DNA of 48,221 nt from Octopus bimaculoides. Its lineage: Eukaryota. The stretch covers positions 46,618,496 to 46,666,716 of the forward strand of contig NC_068995.1 of the NCBI RefSeq assembly GCF_001194135.2, in the 5' to 3' direction. Below, one piece after another: positions 35,492-47,270 of this stretch. A program made the translations under genes and the position numbers. Within the stretch, counting starts at the first letter, position 1, and the number at the start of each line of letters is the position of its first letter. A model generated the notes under the pieces. The model saw only the letters and a list, made by a program, of their open reading frames with translations. It was not told the DNA's origin and did no database searches.

Positions 35492-37633
35492 NNNNNNNNN
35501 NNNNNNNNNNNNNNNNNNNNNNNNNNNNNNNNNNNNNNNNNNNNNNNNNNNNNNNNNNNNNNNNNNNNNNNNNNNNNNNNNNNNNNNNNNNNNNNNNNNN
35601 NNNNNNNNNNNNNNNNNNNNNNNNNNNNNNNNNNNNNNNNNNNNNNNNNNNNNNNNNNNNNNNNNNNNNNNNNNNNNNNNNNNNNNNNNNNNNNNNNNNN
35701 NNNNNNNNNNNNNNNNNNNNNNNNNNNNNNNNNNNNNNNNNNNNNNNNNNNNNNNNNNNNNNNNNNNNNNNNNNNNNNNNNNNNNNNNNNNNNNNNNNNN
35801 NNNNNNNNNNNNNNNNNNNNNNNNNNNNNNNNNNNNNNNNNNNNNNNNNNNNNNNNNNNNNNNNNNNNNNNNNNNNNNNNNNNNNNNNNNNNNNNNNNNN
35901 NAGGAGGAGGAGGAGGAGAAGAAGAAGAAGAAGAAGAAGAAGAAGAAGAAGAAGAAGAAGAAGAAGAAGAATGTGGGACAATTTTGTGTTGCAGCGGAAA
36001 TAAAGAGAGAGAAAAATTAAGATGAAACAAGAGAGAGAATTATTATGTGTTTGAGATTTAGACGGAAATATGAATAACAGGAACAATATTGAAGACAGTG
36101 AATAAGATAAGGTCACGTGGACAGGCGATTAAGATCCACCCACGCATAGCTTCAAAGCTAAATTGCCTTGGCCTACCCTTGAAACTGTCCACCGACTTTT
36201 GACATCAAATCAACCAAGCAAACAAGGAACCAACGAGGAATCCGGTCACATAAGGAGACAACACACCATTTTTCTAATTGTTTAATGTGACAAACGGTGC
36301 CAATGATAGTTTTTAGAAGGTTCTTTGACTAGTAATAGGAAGGAACCATTCTTGAACCGGAGACATAACTTGTAATCTTGCAATAGAGTGGACTTTTTAA
36401 TGAAGTTAGGGAAGGCTCGGTTGGAGCGGTCCTGAAACCGCATGAGGAATTACGTGTGCTATATAATGAATGGTTAACTCTACCATCGCCAACACCACCG
36501 CAACCTCTGTCGCCATCAAAACTACCATTACAACCAATATTAGCAAAACCATGAATATCACCACCAACACCATCACCCTCAACACCACCACCTCACACTA
36601 ACATCATAATATATACTACTGCCGCCGCCGCCACCACCACCACCACAGCAGAAACCATTTCCACTATCGCCGCCATTACCACTACCCAAACCACGGCAGT
36701 TATACACATTGTCAGCACCATCAACAACAACCACAAGAAATTATTCCATTGAAACTAGCAGCACCACTACAGCAACAACCACTACTACCTTCACTATCAC
36801 CAATACTACAATTACCAGAATCACCAGCGCCACCATCAGCAACAATACTATTATTGCACTACTATCACTATTGCAGCCTCCGTCGTCAGCACCACCACCN
36901 NNNNNNNNNNNNNNNNNNNNNNNNNNNNNNNNNNNNNNNNNNNNNNNNNNNNNNNNNNNNNNNNNNNNNNNNNNNNNNNNNNNNNNNNNNNNNNNNNNNN
37001 NNNNNNNNNNNNNNNNNNNNNNNNNNNNNNNNNNNNNNNNNNNNNNNNNNNNNNNNNNNNNNNNNNNNNNNNNNNNNNNNNNNNNNNNNNNNNNNNNNNN
37101 NNNNNNNNNNNNNNNNNNNNNNNNNNNNNNNNNNNNNNNNNNNNNNNNNNNNNNNNNNNNNNNNNNNNNNNNNNNNNNNNNNNNNNNNNNNNNNNNNNNN
37201 NNNNNNNNNNNNNNNNNNNNNNNNNNNNNNNNNNNNNNNNNNNNNNNNNNNNNNNNNNNNNNNNNNNNNNNNNNNNNNNNNNNNNNNNNNNNNNNNNNNN
37301 NNNNNNNNNNNNNNNNNNNNNNNNNNNNNNNNNNNNNNNNNNNNNNNNNNNNNNNNNNNNNNNNNNNNNNNNNNNNNNNNNNNNNNNNNNNNNNNNNNNN
37401 NNNNNNNNNNNNNNNNNNNNNNNNNNNNNNNNNNNNNNNNNNNNNNNNNNNNNNNNNNNNNNNNNNNNNNNNNNNNNNNNNNNNNNNNNNNNNNNNNNNN
37501 NNNNNNNNNNNNNNNNNNNNNNNNNNNNNNNNNNNNNNNNNNNNNNNNNNNNNNNNNNNNNNNNNNNNNNNNNNNNNNNNNNNNNNNNNNNNNNNNNNNN
37601 NNNNNNNNNNNNNNNNNNNNNNNNNNNNNNNNN

Positions 37634-37698
<65 letters not shown>

Positions 37699-37790
37699 TA
37701 GAGAGAAGGAAGGGGAGAGAATGAAAGAGAGAAGGAGAGTGAGAGAGGAGAGAGAAAGAGAAAGTAAGACAGAGAGAAAAGAAAAAAGAA
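37634..37790. repeat. (GA)n polypurine tract
   Basis: Direct reading. Confidence 0.95.
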
Positions 37791-38719
37791 CTAAATATAC
37801 ATAAAGAAGGTATATTGAAAGCTGAGATTCTGGAGTCGAGATATTTTGGAGTTCCTAGGCATGGCAATTCATAAACATTTTAATAAATTTATTCATAATA
37901 ATTTTTTATTGGACAAAAAGACCTATGTATGCACATATATATCAATAGAAATCGCATCGCAATCCATATTTGTTAAAATTAAATATATAAAAAGCCTTGT
38001 GAAATACGACCACCACGGTTTTCTTGGCTGAAATATTAATATCGCCATTTATGAAACTGTTAAAATCAACAAAATGGTTTCGTGCTGCGTTCAATACAAT
38101 CGACGTCTGAAGGAGCTGGCGCATTTTGAAAACGAGAGCGGGAGAGAAAAATACAGAAGAGATAAGTAACTTGACAGTAAATATAACCAGTGCTTAACGA
38201 ATGTTAAAAATTTCATAAAACAAAACTGGAATGCTTTAATATTTCGGATTTGAATATATGCAATAAATATGTTATCAATTACAATAACATTCATACTGCC
38301 CCTCCTACGCTAACGCTGTCTGTATCTGTCTTTTAATCTCTCACCATCTTTGTATATGATATAAGGCGATACTGGAGAAATCAATCAACTCAAGTTTATA
38401 TCGGCTATTGTTAAATATTGATACTTTTACGCAAAGCTATATGATATGATGCTATACAACAATATTATTACACATTTCCGTTATTCATATCATAACACTA
38501 CAAATATCACAAGATGACGAAAAGTGGGTCCTTTGGTTTACTGCCTGAACACTTAGCTAGATAGTCATTGGTGGAATGATTTGAGCAAAGTTCTGCTCGG
38601 TCAGAGGTTGATAAAGCAGTAAGCAAAAAGAACCGTAAGACAATTCACAATAATATTTCACGGTATAAGAGGATTATTATCATTATATCAGCTTTTTGCA
38701 CTGGAAGGACTGCCAGAAG

Positions 38720-38880
38720 ATGTAACTGGTACTTCTTTTTGACCCCGGGAGGATGAAAGGCAAGGCCAAATCGCAGTAGAATTTGAATTATAACAATGAT
38801 GATTTCAAATTTTGGCACAAGGCCAGCAATGTTACGGGAAAAGTTAAGTCGATATTATAAACCCAAATGGTACTTAATAA
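38720..38880 (-). mobile_element. SINE family B remnants
   Basis: AACTGGTACTTC..GACCCCGGGAGGATGAAAGGCAAGG and TTTGGCACAAGGCCAGCAAT. Confidence 0.65.
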
Positions 38881-39877
38881 TAGCAAGACGAGAAGGTGGA
38901 GGGTGATGGTAGGAGAGTGGATAGAGGACAAAGGGAGCGGAGAGGGCGAAGTTAAAAGAGAGGTGAGGTGGACAATGAGAAGCATTGAAGAGAAAAAGGA
39001 ATAAAAAGTATTAGGAGGAGGAGAAGAAAAAGAAGAAAAAAAAACACAGATTTCTCGTCATAACGCTATTCTTGGCCGCCATCGTGTCTGTTTTAACTGG
39101 TGTTACAGCAGTGACCTCTCTTATTAAAATAATCTTCTTACAAGAATTCTGTACACTGTATTATTTCCTCATCAAGTCACGCTTCCAAATTCCATTTTCC
39201 TTCCGTCTGTCTGTCTGTCTGCTTGTCAATATGTCCGCCTTCTATGCCACTCTGTCAGTCTGACTACCCAGCTGGTTAGCTAGCTGGTTGGCTGGTTGGT
39301 TATGTATTTTTGCCTACTTATTTTTTTGTATTATTATTTGTTTTTCTATTTTCCTGCTTTCTTTTCGTTTCCTTTGCTTTTTCTTATAATTTCCTTTCAT
39401 TTATTATTTCTTAAGTTTTTTCACATTTTTATTTTTTTAGGTGGAAGAAATTTAGTTCCGGCTAAACTTTTACGATTATGATGGCAGTGACAATGACAGA
39501 ATTCATAGTAGTAGAGTAGTAGTCGTAGTGGTGGTGATGGTGGTGGTGGTGATGATGGAGTTGGTAGGGCTGGATGAAAGGAGGAATGTCGAGATGGAAT
39601 AAAGCAGATATCAAATATATCTTTAACACAATTTATGCCGAGTAAAAAGAAGGTACAAAGGAAATAACAAACTAAGGAAACAGTTAAATAAATCGATACA
39701 TGCAGGAAATATGAATATATATATATATTTTGCAGGAATATAAATAAGACATAAAAAACAGACAGTGTTGGAACTCTNNNNNNNNNNNNNNNNNNNNNNN
39801 NNNNNNNNNNNNNNNNNNNNNNNNNNNNNNNNNNNNNNNNNNNNNNNNNNNNNNNNNNNNNNNNNNNNNNNNNNNNN

Positions 39878-39992
39878 GATCGGCCCAAGGCTGTAGTAGA
39901 AGACATCTACCCAAGGTGCCACACAGTGGGACTGAACCCGGAACCATGTGGTTGGTAAGCAAGCTACTTACCACACAGCCACTCCTGCGCCT
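39878..39992 (-). mobile_element. SINE family A head (remainder lies in the gap)
   Basis: AGGCGCAGGAGTGGCTGTGTGG...GGTTCAGTCCC...CACCTTGGGTAGATG. Confidence 0.9.
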
Positions 39993-40505
39993 ATATGTTG
40001 ATTGTTCCTAGGACTTAAACTTAAGGTTGATGATAAATTTGTGAAGTGAATATGGCCATACTAATTTCATCAAAATTTCAAAATGCCGATTTTATTGCCA
40101 CGTTTCTTTACCTTTGTTTGCATTAAATACACTCTAGAGTTTATCTGTAGAATGCAGTAGATAAGTTAAGTGCTAGATGATGCCTCGAATTTGATTAACC
40201 AAATGATTACGTAATTATATATATGGGTCATGAAGTTGTAAATATGTATGTACATGTGTACATTTAAAACTGTACGTGTTTGAATGCAAAAAAAACTTTG
40301 TGAGTTTGAATGAAAGATGTATGTAAGTTGCACTTTCAAAAGCTCGTGTCGATTATACTCTTCAAAAATGAAATTTCAAAATGTTAAAGATTACGGGTGG
40401 TGTTTCTCTACTTTAGCGTAACCCTTTTATTTTTTAATTGCGATGTCAAAATTACACAATTTATAAAAATTATCGAGAGAAGTAAATGTTCTTCTCTACT
40501 CTAGG

Positions 40506-40703
40506 AACAAGGCCCGAAATTTTTATTTGGTGTGTGGGACTAGTCGTTTAGATCGAACCAGTACGCAACTGGTACTTAATTTATCGGCCCCGAAAGGGTG
40601 AAAGGCAAAGTCGACCTCGGCGGAATTTGAATTCAGAACGTAAAGACGAAAATGCTCCGTGAAGCATTTTACCCGGCGTGCAAACGTTTTTGCCAGCTCG
40701 CCG
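40506..40703 (-). mobile_element. SINE family B
   Basis: Minus strand GGCGAGCTGGCAAAAACG...AATTCAAATTCCGCCGAGGTCGACTTTGCCTTTCACCC. Confidence 0.88.
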
Positions 40704-40848
40704 AGAAGTAAATATTGTTGCAATTTATTAAACGTTATATGACTTATGAATTCATACAGTTCTGTCACAATAATTATGCATGTGCGCGCGCGAGAGCACG
40801 TGTGTGTGTAATATTATAACTTTTTTAGGTTAATAAACTAACTTTCTA

Positions 40849-40943
40849 AGGCGGCGAGCTGGCAGAAACGTTAGCACGCTGGGCGAAATGCTTAGCCGTA
40901 TTTCGTCTGCCGTTTCGTTCTGAGTTCAAATTCCGCCGAGGTC
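40849..40943 (+). mobile_element. SINE family B head only
   Basis: GGCGGCGAGCTGGCAGAAACGTTAGCACG...GAGTTCAAATTCCGCCGAGGTC. Confidence 0.9.
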
Positions 40944-41066
40944 TTGTAAATTAACGGTCAGCCAAAGAAATCACCAGAATAAGTGCTGGCTTTAATAAAC
41001 ACACACATACTTACTGATATACATGCATACAATTATATACATATAATGTGTGTGTTTACTCGTATA

Positions 41067-41270
41067 TTGCTTGTTTCAGTCAATACAGTGCAGCCATGCT
41101 GGGACACCGCTGTCAAGAACTTTTAGTTGAATAAATCGACCCCAGTACCTATTTTTTAAGCCTAGTACTTATTCTATCGGTCTCTTTTTTGCCGAACCGC
41201 TAAGTTNNNNNNNNNNGGACGTAAACACACCAGCATCGGTTGTCAAGCGATGTTGGGGAGGGACAAGACA
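41067..41270 (-). mobile_element. SINE family A, 3' half
   Basis: GCCTAGTACTTATTCTATCGGTC...GCCGAACCGCTAAG...CCAGCATCGGTTGTCAAGCG. Confidence 0.88.
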
Positions 41271-41274
41271 CTTT

Positions 41275-41510
41275 AAATTCCCGCTGCTCCAGTTTACTCA
41301 GCTGTAGAAATGAGTTGCGATGTCAATGGTGCCGAGCTGTATCGGCCTTTGCCTTTCCCTTGGATAACATCAGTGGCATAGAGAGGGGAGGATAGTATGC
41401 ATGGGCGACTGCTGGTCTTCTATAAACAACCTTGTGCAGACCTCTGCCCTGGGAGGGTAACTTTCTAGGTGCAATCCCATGGTCATTCATGACCGAAGGG
41501 GGTCTCAGCA
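41275..41510 (+). mobile_element. 3' part of another CORE-like SINE
   Basis: GCTGCTCCAGTTTACTCAGCTGTAGAAATGAGT resembles the family C CORE-like block; the tail is distinct. Confidence 0.6.
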
Positions 41511-42139
41511 ATATGTCGAGAGTCTATCAATGAGCTGCAGTCTTTTGACACTGCATAAAATCTGTTGATTTCTAATTACGCTCAGAATACTAACTTCAAA
41601 TATACAAACACTTAATAAGTGTGTGAATCTCCTGACGGACCGCTTCGCTACAATTTGACCTTCGTTCAGAGAAAACGTATCTCATTCTTTTCCGCACATT
41701 TTTACATTCCTATTTCTCTCACATATAGTTTTTCTAATGTTTAGAATTATTTATCTCCTTCCACAGACGCGCATAAAATGTATACTGTGTAATTAATTAT
41801 TGACAACTATTAAACATCATAAATATGCAAATTAAGTTACCCACTACGGTTGCACCATAATTTATGATTGTTTTATTTTGAAGTTGAATGTTCTATGCTA
41901 TTTAATATTTGCTGAAGAAAATTCGGTAGGTCTTCCGTGAGTTGCAATCACGAAACCGTAAAACCAGTAGACAGGATATCCTGCTATTGTTTTTCTTTAC
42001 ATCCACAGTATAGAAGCAGAATGTATTTTTGCATTCCTCTTACAGCTTGGCTTTGCAGCATTCAAATTCATTTTAGTCCTTCCGTTTCATGCTGTGCTGT
42101 GTCTTAACTTGCATGTGCATGCATGTATGCATGTTTGTA

Positions 42140-42395
42140 TTCAGTTTTATTTCAAGATTTCTTGCCAATGGAGAAAGAGCCGCTTTCTAACCTAGATCCA
42201 TGGCTCCTTCATTGGAATTTCAACAACATCGACATAGTATGTATGTATGTATATATGTATGTATATACGCAGATTGATATGCTTTGTTTTATGTATGTAT
42301 TCTCATGCATATAGTTGCATGTCTAGATATGCTCATATATTCTTAAATGAGAAACCTCTGGAAAGTTTTAGGGAATTTTACAGTTCCAGTGTATG
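42140..42395 (-). mobile_element. Interspersed repeat family F
   Basis: Shares block 1 with 6370-6465 and block 2 with 24760-24870. Confidence 0.75.
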
Positions 42396-42434
42396 TATGT
42401 CTAGATAGTTAGTTAGATAGATAGACAGACAGAC

Positions 42435-42497
<63 letters not shown>

Positions 42498-42529
42498 GAT
42501 GTGTGTCCAGAAACAGAAACAACATCGTC

Positions 42530-42598
<69 letters not shown>

Positions 42599-42619
42599 AG
42601 AGTGTGTGTGTATGTATGT

Positions 42620-42800
42620 GTGTGGGTTCGTTGCTCCTCCCACCGACTGACAACCACACTTTGGATTGCTTATATCCCCATAACATAGCGGTTCGTTTGA
42701 AAGAAAAGATAGAATAAGTACTAGGTTTAGAAAAAATAAGTAACATGGTCAGTTCGTTTGACTGAACCCTTCTTGGCGTTTGCCCAATATGGGCAGCTTT
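42620..42800 (+). mobile_element. SINE family A, degenerate 3' half
   Basis: TAGCGGTTCG...GATAGAATAAGTACTAGG. Confidence 0.65.
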
Positions 42801-42864
42801 TAAAAGTCCGAAGCAAATAAAAGAATAAAGAATGAAATTCTAATTCTTCCTATCAATCCCAGAC

Positions 42865-43110
42865 TCTCTGTTTCATCTCATCTACTCTGTCAAACTTCTC
42901 GGAGAACAATAAGGTATTCCCTGAATCTTTGTAAATGAGAATACACGGCAAGTTAACAACGGCAACAGCGAGTTAGTGATGAAATCTGTAAATGTAAGTA
43001 AAAGCCCCTTAAGTACCACATTAAGTGTATCGAGAACGGTAAGAACAGATGGGGCAATTACGACATGGATGCCATTTATTAGGTCTCTTTCATGCAAGAT
43101 AACCTGGAAC
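42865..43110 (+). pseudogene. Possible ancient LINE (RTE-like) reverse-transcriptase remnant
   Basis: One frame reads KLLGEQ*GIP*IFVN...VRTDGAITTW, followed by a shifted D(N/T)L, resembling yGIP...vrtdG...GVxQGDTLAP. A 57-bp stretch between TGTAAATG repeats breaks the spacing. Confidence 0.35.
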
Positions 43111-43724
43111 TAAACGAAGCAAATACGGACAAGAACAACAAGATCAGCAAGACCTGTAACATAAGGAACAACAATAAACAACAATACAAGCAAAAAAAAG
43201 ATCAATAAAAACTACAAAATGAAAACCACAACACCACCACCACCACCAGCAGCAGCAGCAGCAACGACGTACAACACAAGAACAAAGAAAAGACCAAGAG
43301 AAAAATCTAAATAGATCTGAGAAGAAAATAATGATACATTTGTATATAGCAGCATATATACACCGGAAGTAAAGTACTCTGGAAATAAACTAACTTGTAA
43401 CCTAATTGTATAAGCGCGTGCGCAGCTCGCATTAGCAAGAGGTCAGCAATCTGCAATATCTGCATTTTTAAAATATATATTGTTGCTTTGTTTTTCATTT
43501 TTTTTTTTTTTGCTTCATGTTTCTTTTTCCTGTTGCAATCATATTCTTTCTTCATTTAATCTTTTTACTACAAGAATTTGAAACAATTTTCAGGAAGTTA
43601 AAGATGGAGTACACTTTCACAATGGAAACTGAACATTCCAGAAACGATTGCTTGTTCATTTCCACATCGGATTTATCTTCATATGTCTAAGTACAGACGC
43701 ATGTTGGTGGTAATGGCGATAACA

Positions 43725-43965
43725 GGGCGGCGAGCTGGCAGAAACGTTAGCACGCCGGGCGAAATGATTAACGGTATTTCGTCTGCTGTGACGTTCTGAG
43801 TTCAAATTCCTTTCGGGGTCGATAAATTAAGTACCAGTTACGCACTGGGGTCGATGTAATCGACTTAATCCCTTTGTCTGTCCTTGTTTGTCCCCTCTAT
43901 GTTTAGCCCCTTGTGGGCAATAAAAAAATAGGTATTTCGTCTGCCGTTACGTTCTGAGTTCAATG
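43725..43965 (+). mobile_element. SINE family B with internal deletion and partial re-start
   Basis: Head at 43725; the block GGTATTTCGTCTGC..TTCTGAGTTCAA occurs twice (about 43770 and 43931). Confidence 0.9.
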
Positions 43966-44084
43966 CCGCTTACCATCTTTCCCGGCGCAAGTAATGATTC
44001 TGCCAGCTCACTGCTTTAGCAAACAGACATATTTTGGTTTCAAATATTAATACAAGCGCAGCAATATCACGTGATGGCTTATGT

Positions 44085-44225
44085 CGATTATATTGATACC
44101 AGTGCTCAAGTGTTACTAATTTTATCGACCCTGAGAGGGTGAAAAGCAAAGACGACCTTCGCAGAATATGAACTAAGAACGTGAAGACAGAGGAAATGCC
44201 ACTAAATAACTTGTCTGGCTGCTTT
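44085..44225 (-). mobile_element. SINE family B, degenerate
   Basis: TTTATCGACCCTGAGAGGGTGAAAAGCAAAGACGACC. Confidence 0.7.
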
Positions 44226-44494
44226 AGCAAACATACTTATATTGGTTACTATAATGCACTATGTCACAAAGCAAGATGTTAGGCCCACAATACAGAAGTA
44301 TGTGTTGACTTTTTATTAATGGAAGTTTACTCTCATTCTTATCTATATGTGCTTCAAGAATTCACTTTCATTTGTACTCTTACATTTCGCCGTGAACCAG
44401 TCTTCAGGTAATGTCAACGAAACAAGTGATTTGAATTTGGGAGATGCGTAAATATGGAGCTACCAATAAAAGAGCAATGAAATGTATGTTTATT

Positions 44495-44680
44495 TTTGTT
44501 GTTGTCGACCCTGGTCAGCCATAGCATAACTGAGCTTTGATAAGATCTGTTCAATCTACTATTTTCTTTTATATTTCGAGTCATCTGAGAATAAGAGTAC
44601 ATCATAGAATGGGTTCTACCATTTTTCAAGATACTATAATCCAATTTAAGGGAGATTTGACTGCTGGTTCAGTTACACGG
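44495..44680 (-). mobile_element. Interspersed repeat family D
   Basis: Minus strand CAGCAGTCAAATCTCCCTTAAAT...GGCTGACCAGGGTCGACAACAACAA. Confidence 0.55.
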
Positions 44681-45407
44681 AGCGACAACGTTGGTTCGGA
44701 ACTAAGGGGGTTAATGTTATCATGTATTCATCTTTTTTGTGTTTTCGATAGATTTTTCAGGTCTGATATAGCTTATGTAATCCGCCAGATTAAATTTAGT
44801 TTGTCTGACATCATTTTCAAACTCCATCAATTTCAATATAAATCTAATATACATAAGCAGAGAGTTAAAAGGTTATGTGGCTTACACGTAGACATTAGGC
44901 TGTATTTCCATATTTATATGTAAAGGCGTGGCCCACTCGATGTTTAATCATTCAATAGCTATTGTCTTTCAACTTTGTTCTTACAGACTCCATACATAAC
45001 TTGAGAAAGCAGATAGGTTACCCTTTTTCCCACGTACTTAAACGGGGACTTACGGTTGAAGAAACGGATCTTTAAAACTAAAGAACGCATGGTAAGGGAT
45101 AACAAATGAAACTGATAGGCATCAACAACACATATATTCTCATTTAAATATATATATGTACACACACACTATATATATATATGTATATATATGTATATAT
45201 ATATATATATATANNNNNNNNNNNNNNNNNNNNNNNNNNNNNNNNNNNNNNNNNNNNNNNNNNNNNNNNNNNNNNNNNNNNNNNNNNNNNNNNNNNNNNN
45301 NNNNNNNNNNNNNNNNNNNNNNNNNNNNNNNNNNNNNNNNNNNNNNNNNNNNNNNNNNNNNNNNNNNNNNNNNNNNNNNNNNNNNNNNNNNNNNNNNNNT
45401 ATATATA

Positions 45408-45610
45408 TGGGGAGAATTCACGCAAAAAAACAGAAGACGAAGACAGGTGGTGTAGACAACAAACAGATGTATTAGTATAACGCTCGGGAAGTGAAAAGGT
45501 CTTTAATGTTTCGAGCCTACGCTCTTGCACAGAAAGGAACACGGAAAGAAATAAGGAGAGAAAACAAAGGAGAGAAAAAAAAGAGAATGTGTATTAGCTA
45601 TCGATTTATC
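45408..45610 (-). mobile_element. Interspersed repeat family G, Penelope-like terminus with decayed hammerhead-like motif (second partial copy at 46435-46510)
   Basis: GACGARGACAGGTGGTGTARAYAACAAA...TATTAGTATRACGCTCG occurs in both copies. Minus 45532-45504 reads CTGTGCAA-GAG-CGTAGG-CTC-GAAAC-ATTA. Confidence 0.6.
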
Positions 45611-45737
45611 ATGGCGAGTACATATGCATGTATGTATGTGCTTCTATATGTATTCATACATATATACATGTATAGTTGGCAGGGAATATACGTAAATGCA
45701 ATGCGTACGATGAGAATATGTGTCAGGCTTTCTTTAG

Positions 45738-45855
45738 GTGCATTGAACAGAATTAAAATGGCTTGTATTCAAAATTTCTCTCTGTTCATTAAATCGGAAC
45801 AAATCGAAGGCGTTGCCCCTGTTCTTACTGGCGAGAAATGTTATAGAGGTCTTTT
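45738..45855 (+). CDS. Candidate 118-nt exon, (G)ALNRIKMACIQNFSLFIKSEQIEGVAPVLTGEKCYRGL
   Basis: GGCTTTCTTTAG| acceptor and TT|GTGAGT donor; only one frame is open; sequence is non-repetitive. Confidence 0.3.
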
Positions 45856-46016
45856 GTGAGTAGCTGTGAAAATGATATACCGCAGAAAAGTGTGTATTTA
45901 CCAACAAATTTAAATAAAATCATTCCCATTCAAACACGTACACAATGAATAAGTCGCATAATAACTAGTAATGATTATTATTATTATTATTATTATTAAT
46001 ATTATTATTATTATTA

Positions 46017-46215
46017 AGGTGGCGTGCTGGCAGAATCGTTAGTGCGCTGGACGAAATATTTAGCGGTATTTCACCCGTCACTACGCTTTGAGTTCAAATT
46101 CCGCCGAGGTGGATTTTACCTTTCAGATTCGAGAAATTATTTACCAGTGAAACATTGGGATCGATGTAATCGTCTAGTCCCTCCCTCAAAATTTCAGGCC
46201 TTGTGCCTACAGTAG
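46017..46215 (+). mobile_element. SINE family B embedded between (ATT)n tracts
   Basis: GGTGGCGTGCTGGCAGAATCG...GAGTTCAAATTCCGCCGAGG; (ATT)n at about 45973-46015 and 46221-46250. Confidence 0.88.
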
Positions 46216-47012
46216 ACAAGATTATTATTATTATTATTATTATTATTATTGAGAGAGAGCAGTGCATGCTATCAAAATGACATTAGGGTAAAATATACGA
46301 AGCCAAGCACATCCATCATGCCTACCCGTCTGATAATGATACACCAGGCACATGCATCCCAACCACACGTGCGCGACACATATACATACATATACATATA
46401 TATGCATACATATATACATACATAAATATATATATGGGAGAATATACAAATAATAACAACAGACGAGGACAGGTGGTGTAAATAACAAAAGTATATATTA
46501 GTATGACGCTCGACACACATAAACACACACACACACATATATATAGATAGATAGAGAGATACATACACAAACGCATACAAACAAACACACATGTATAACT
46601 AATAAACAACATACATATATGCTGTCTGGCGTACGTTCGTATATACACACGTACATTTAGCGTGTTTGTATTGTAGGACACATCACAGTTTCTTATAAAC
46701 CAACTGACAAGTCAAAGGTACCATTGTTAGAATAACAGAACTCTTTAGACAATATATAATTCTTCAGACAATTGTCTGAGTAATTACAGAAGTGAAAGCT
46801 TGACACTTTGACACGTTGCATTAGATTGGTCAATTAGTGTTAACAAAAATACAATCAAAATTATCTTTTCAGAAGCTATACATGCATACATACGTACATA
46901 CATACATACATACACATATATATCTATATATGTCTGTATGTATAATATATATATATGTGTGTATATGTATATATATATATATATGTAACTATATATGTAT
47001 ATATATGTATGT

Positions 47013-47059
<47 letters not shown>

Positions 47060-47115
47060 TGCGTGTTTGGGTGTGGATGTGTGTTTATATATAATAGGAA
47101 CATCATTTTCGTTAC

Positions 47116-47270
47116 TTGTAGACTATGATTGTCCAAAGAGCACTAATTAGAATGAGCATGAGAAGAAATGACGTGGCCGATCGAAGTGCTAGATACAGCA
47201 GTCGAGACCTTTTCAGATTACAGTAAAATTTCTTTGAATGAAATGGAGACTTTGGATTGTTAGTAGAATC
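47116..47270 (-). CDS. Candidate exon encoding a basic segment plus a hydrophobic helix
   Basis: GTTTCCAG| acceptor and AA|GTAACG donor; the single open frame reads DSTNNPKSPFHSKKFYCNLKRSRLLYLALRSATSFLLMLILISALWTIIVY. Confidence 0.22.

Larger units (their letters stand above)
763..45399. other. Assembly gaps (15 N-runs between these coordinates)
   Basis: N-runs at about 763-1093, 6543-6688, 13110-13408, 17163-17512, 17825-17835, 25103-25526, 26059-26568, 27810-28100, 31578-31839, 33235-33491, 35492-35900, 36900-37633, 39778-39877, 41207-41216 and 45213-45399. Most abut microsatellites, and exons could be hidden in them. Confidence 0.95.

Noticed and set aside
36480-36899. Thr/Ser-rich mucin-like ORF
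   Set aside because: Aged ACC/ACT/ACA triplet repeat running into a gap; no splice or domain support.
38510-38560. DEKWVL mariner-like catalytic motif
   Set aside because: Flanking translation does not continue in transposase order and no TIR was seen.
38940-39085. Minus-strand ATGGCGGCC ORF with a signal-peptide-like stretch
   Set aside because: The hydrophobic run comes from low-complexity CT-rich sequence and ends in a stop with no donor.
43590-43690. FTMETE resembling a Penelope RT motif
   Set aside because: The following FLD and YRK motifs are not recognisable; too short to support.
440-46215. SINE orientation bias as evidence for host-gene strand
   Set aside because: Family A leans minus (about 8:3) but family B leans plus; counts are too small to infer anything.
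303-46681. Most supplied ORFs (YIYI, HTHT, CVCV, LSLS, poly-L/F/E/R/S and X-runs)
   Set aside because: They are translations of microsatellites and N-gaps, which lack stop codons by construction.
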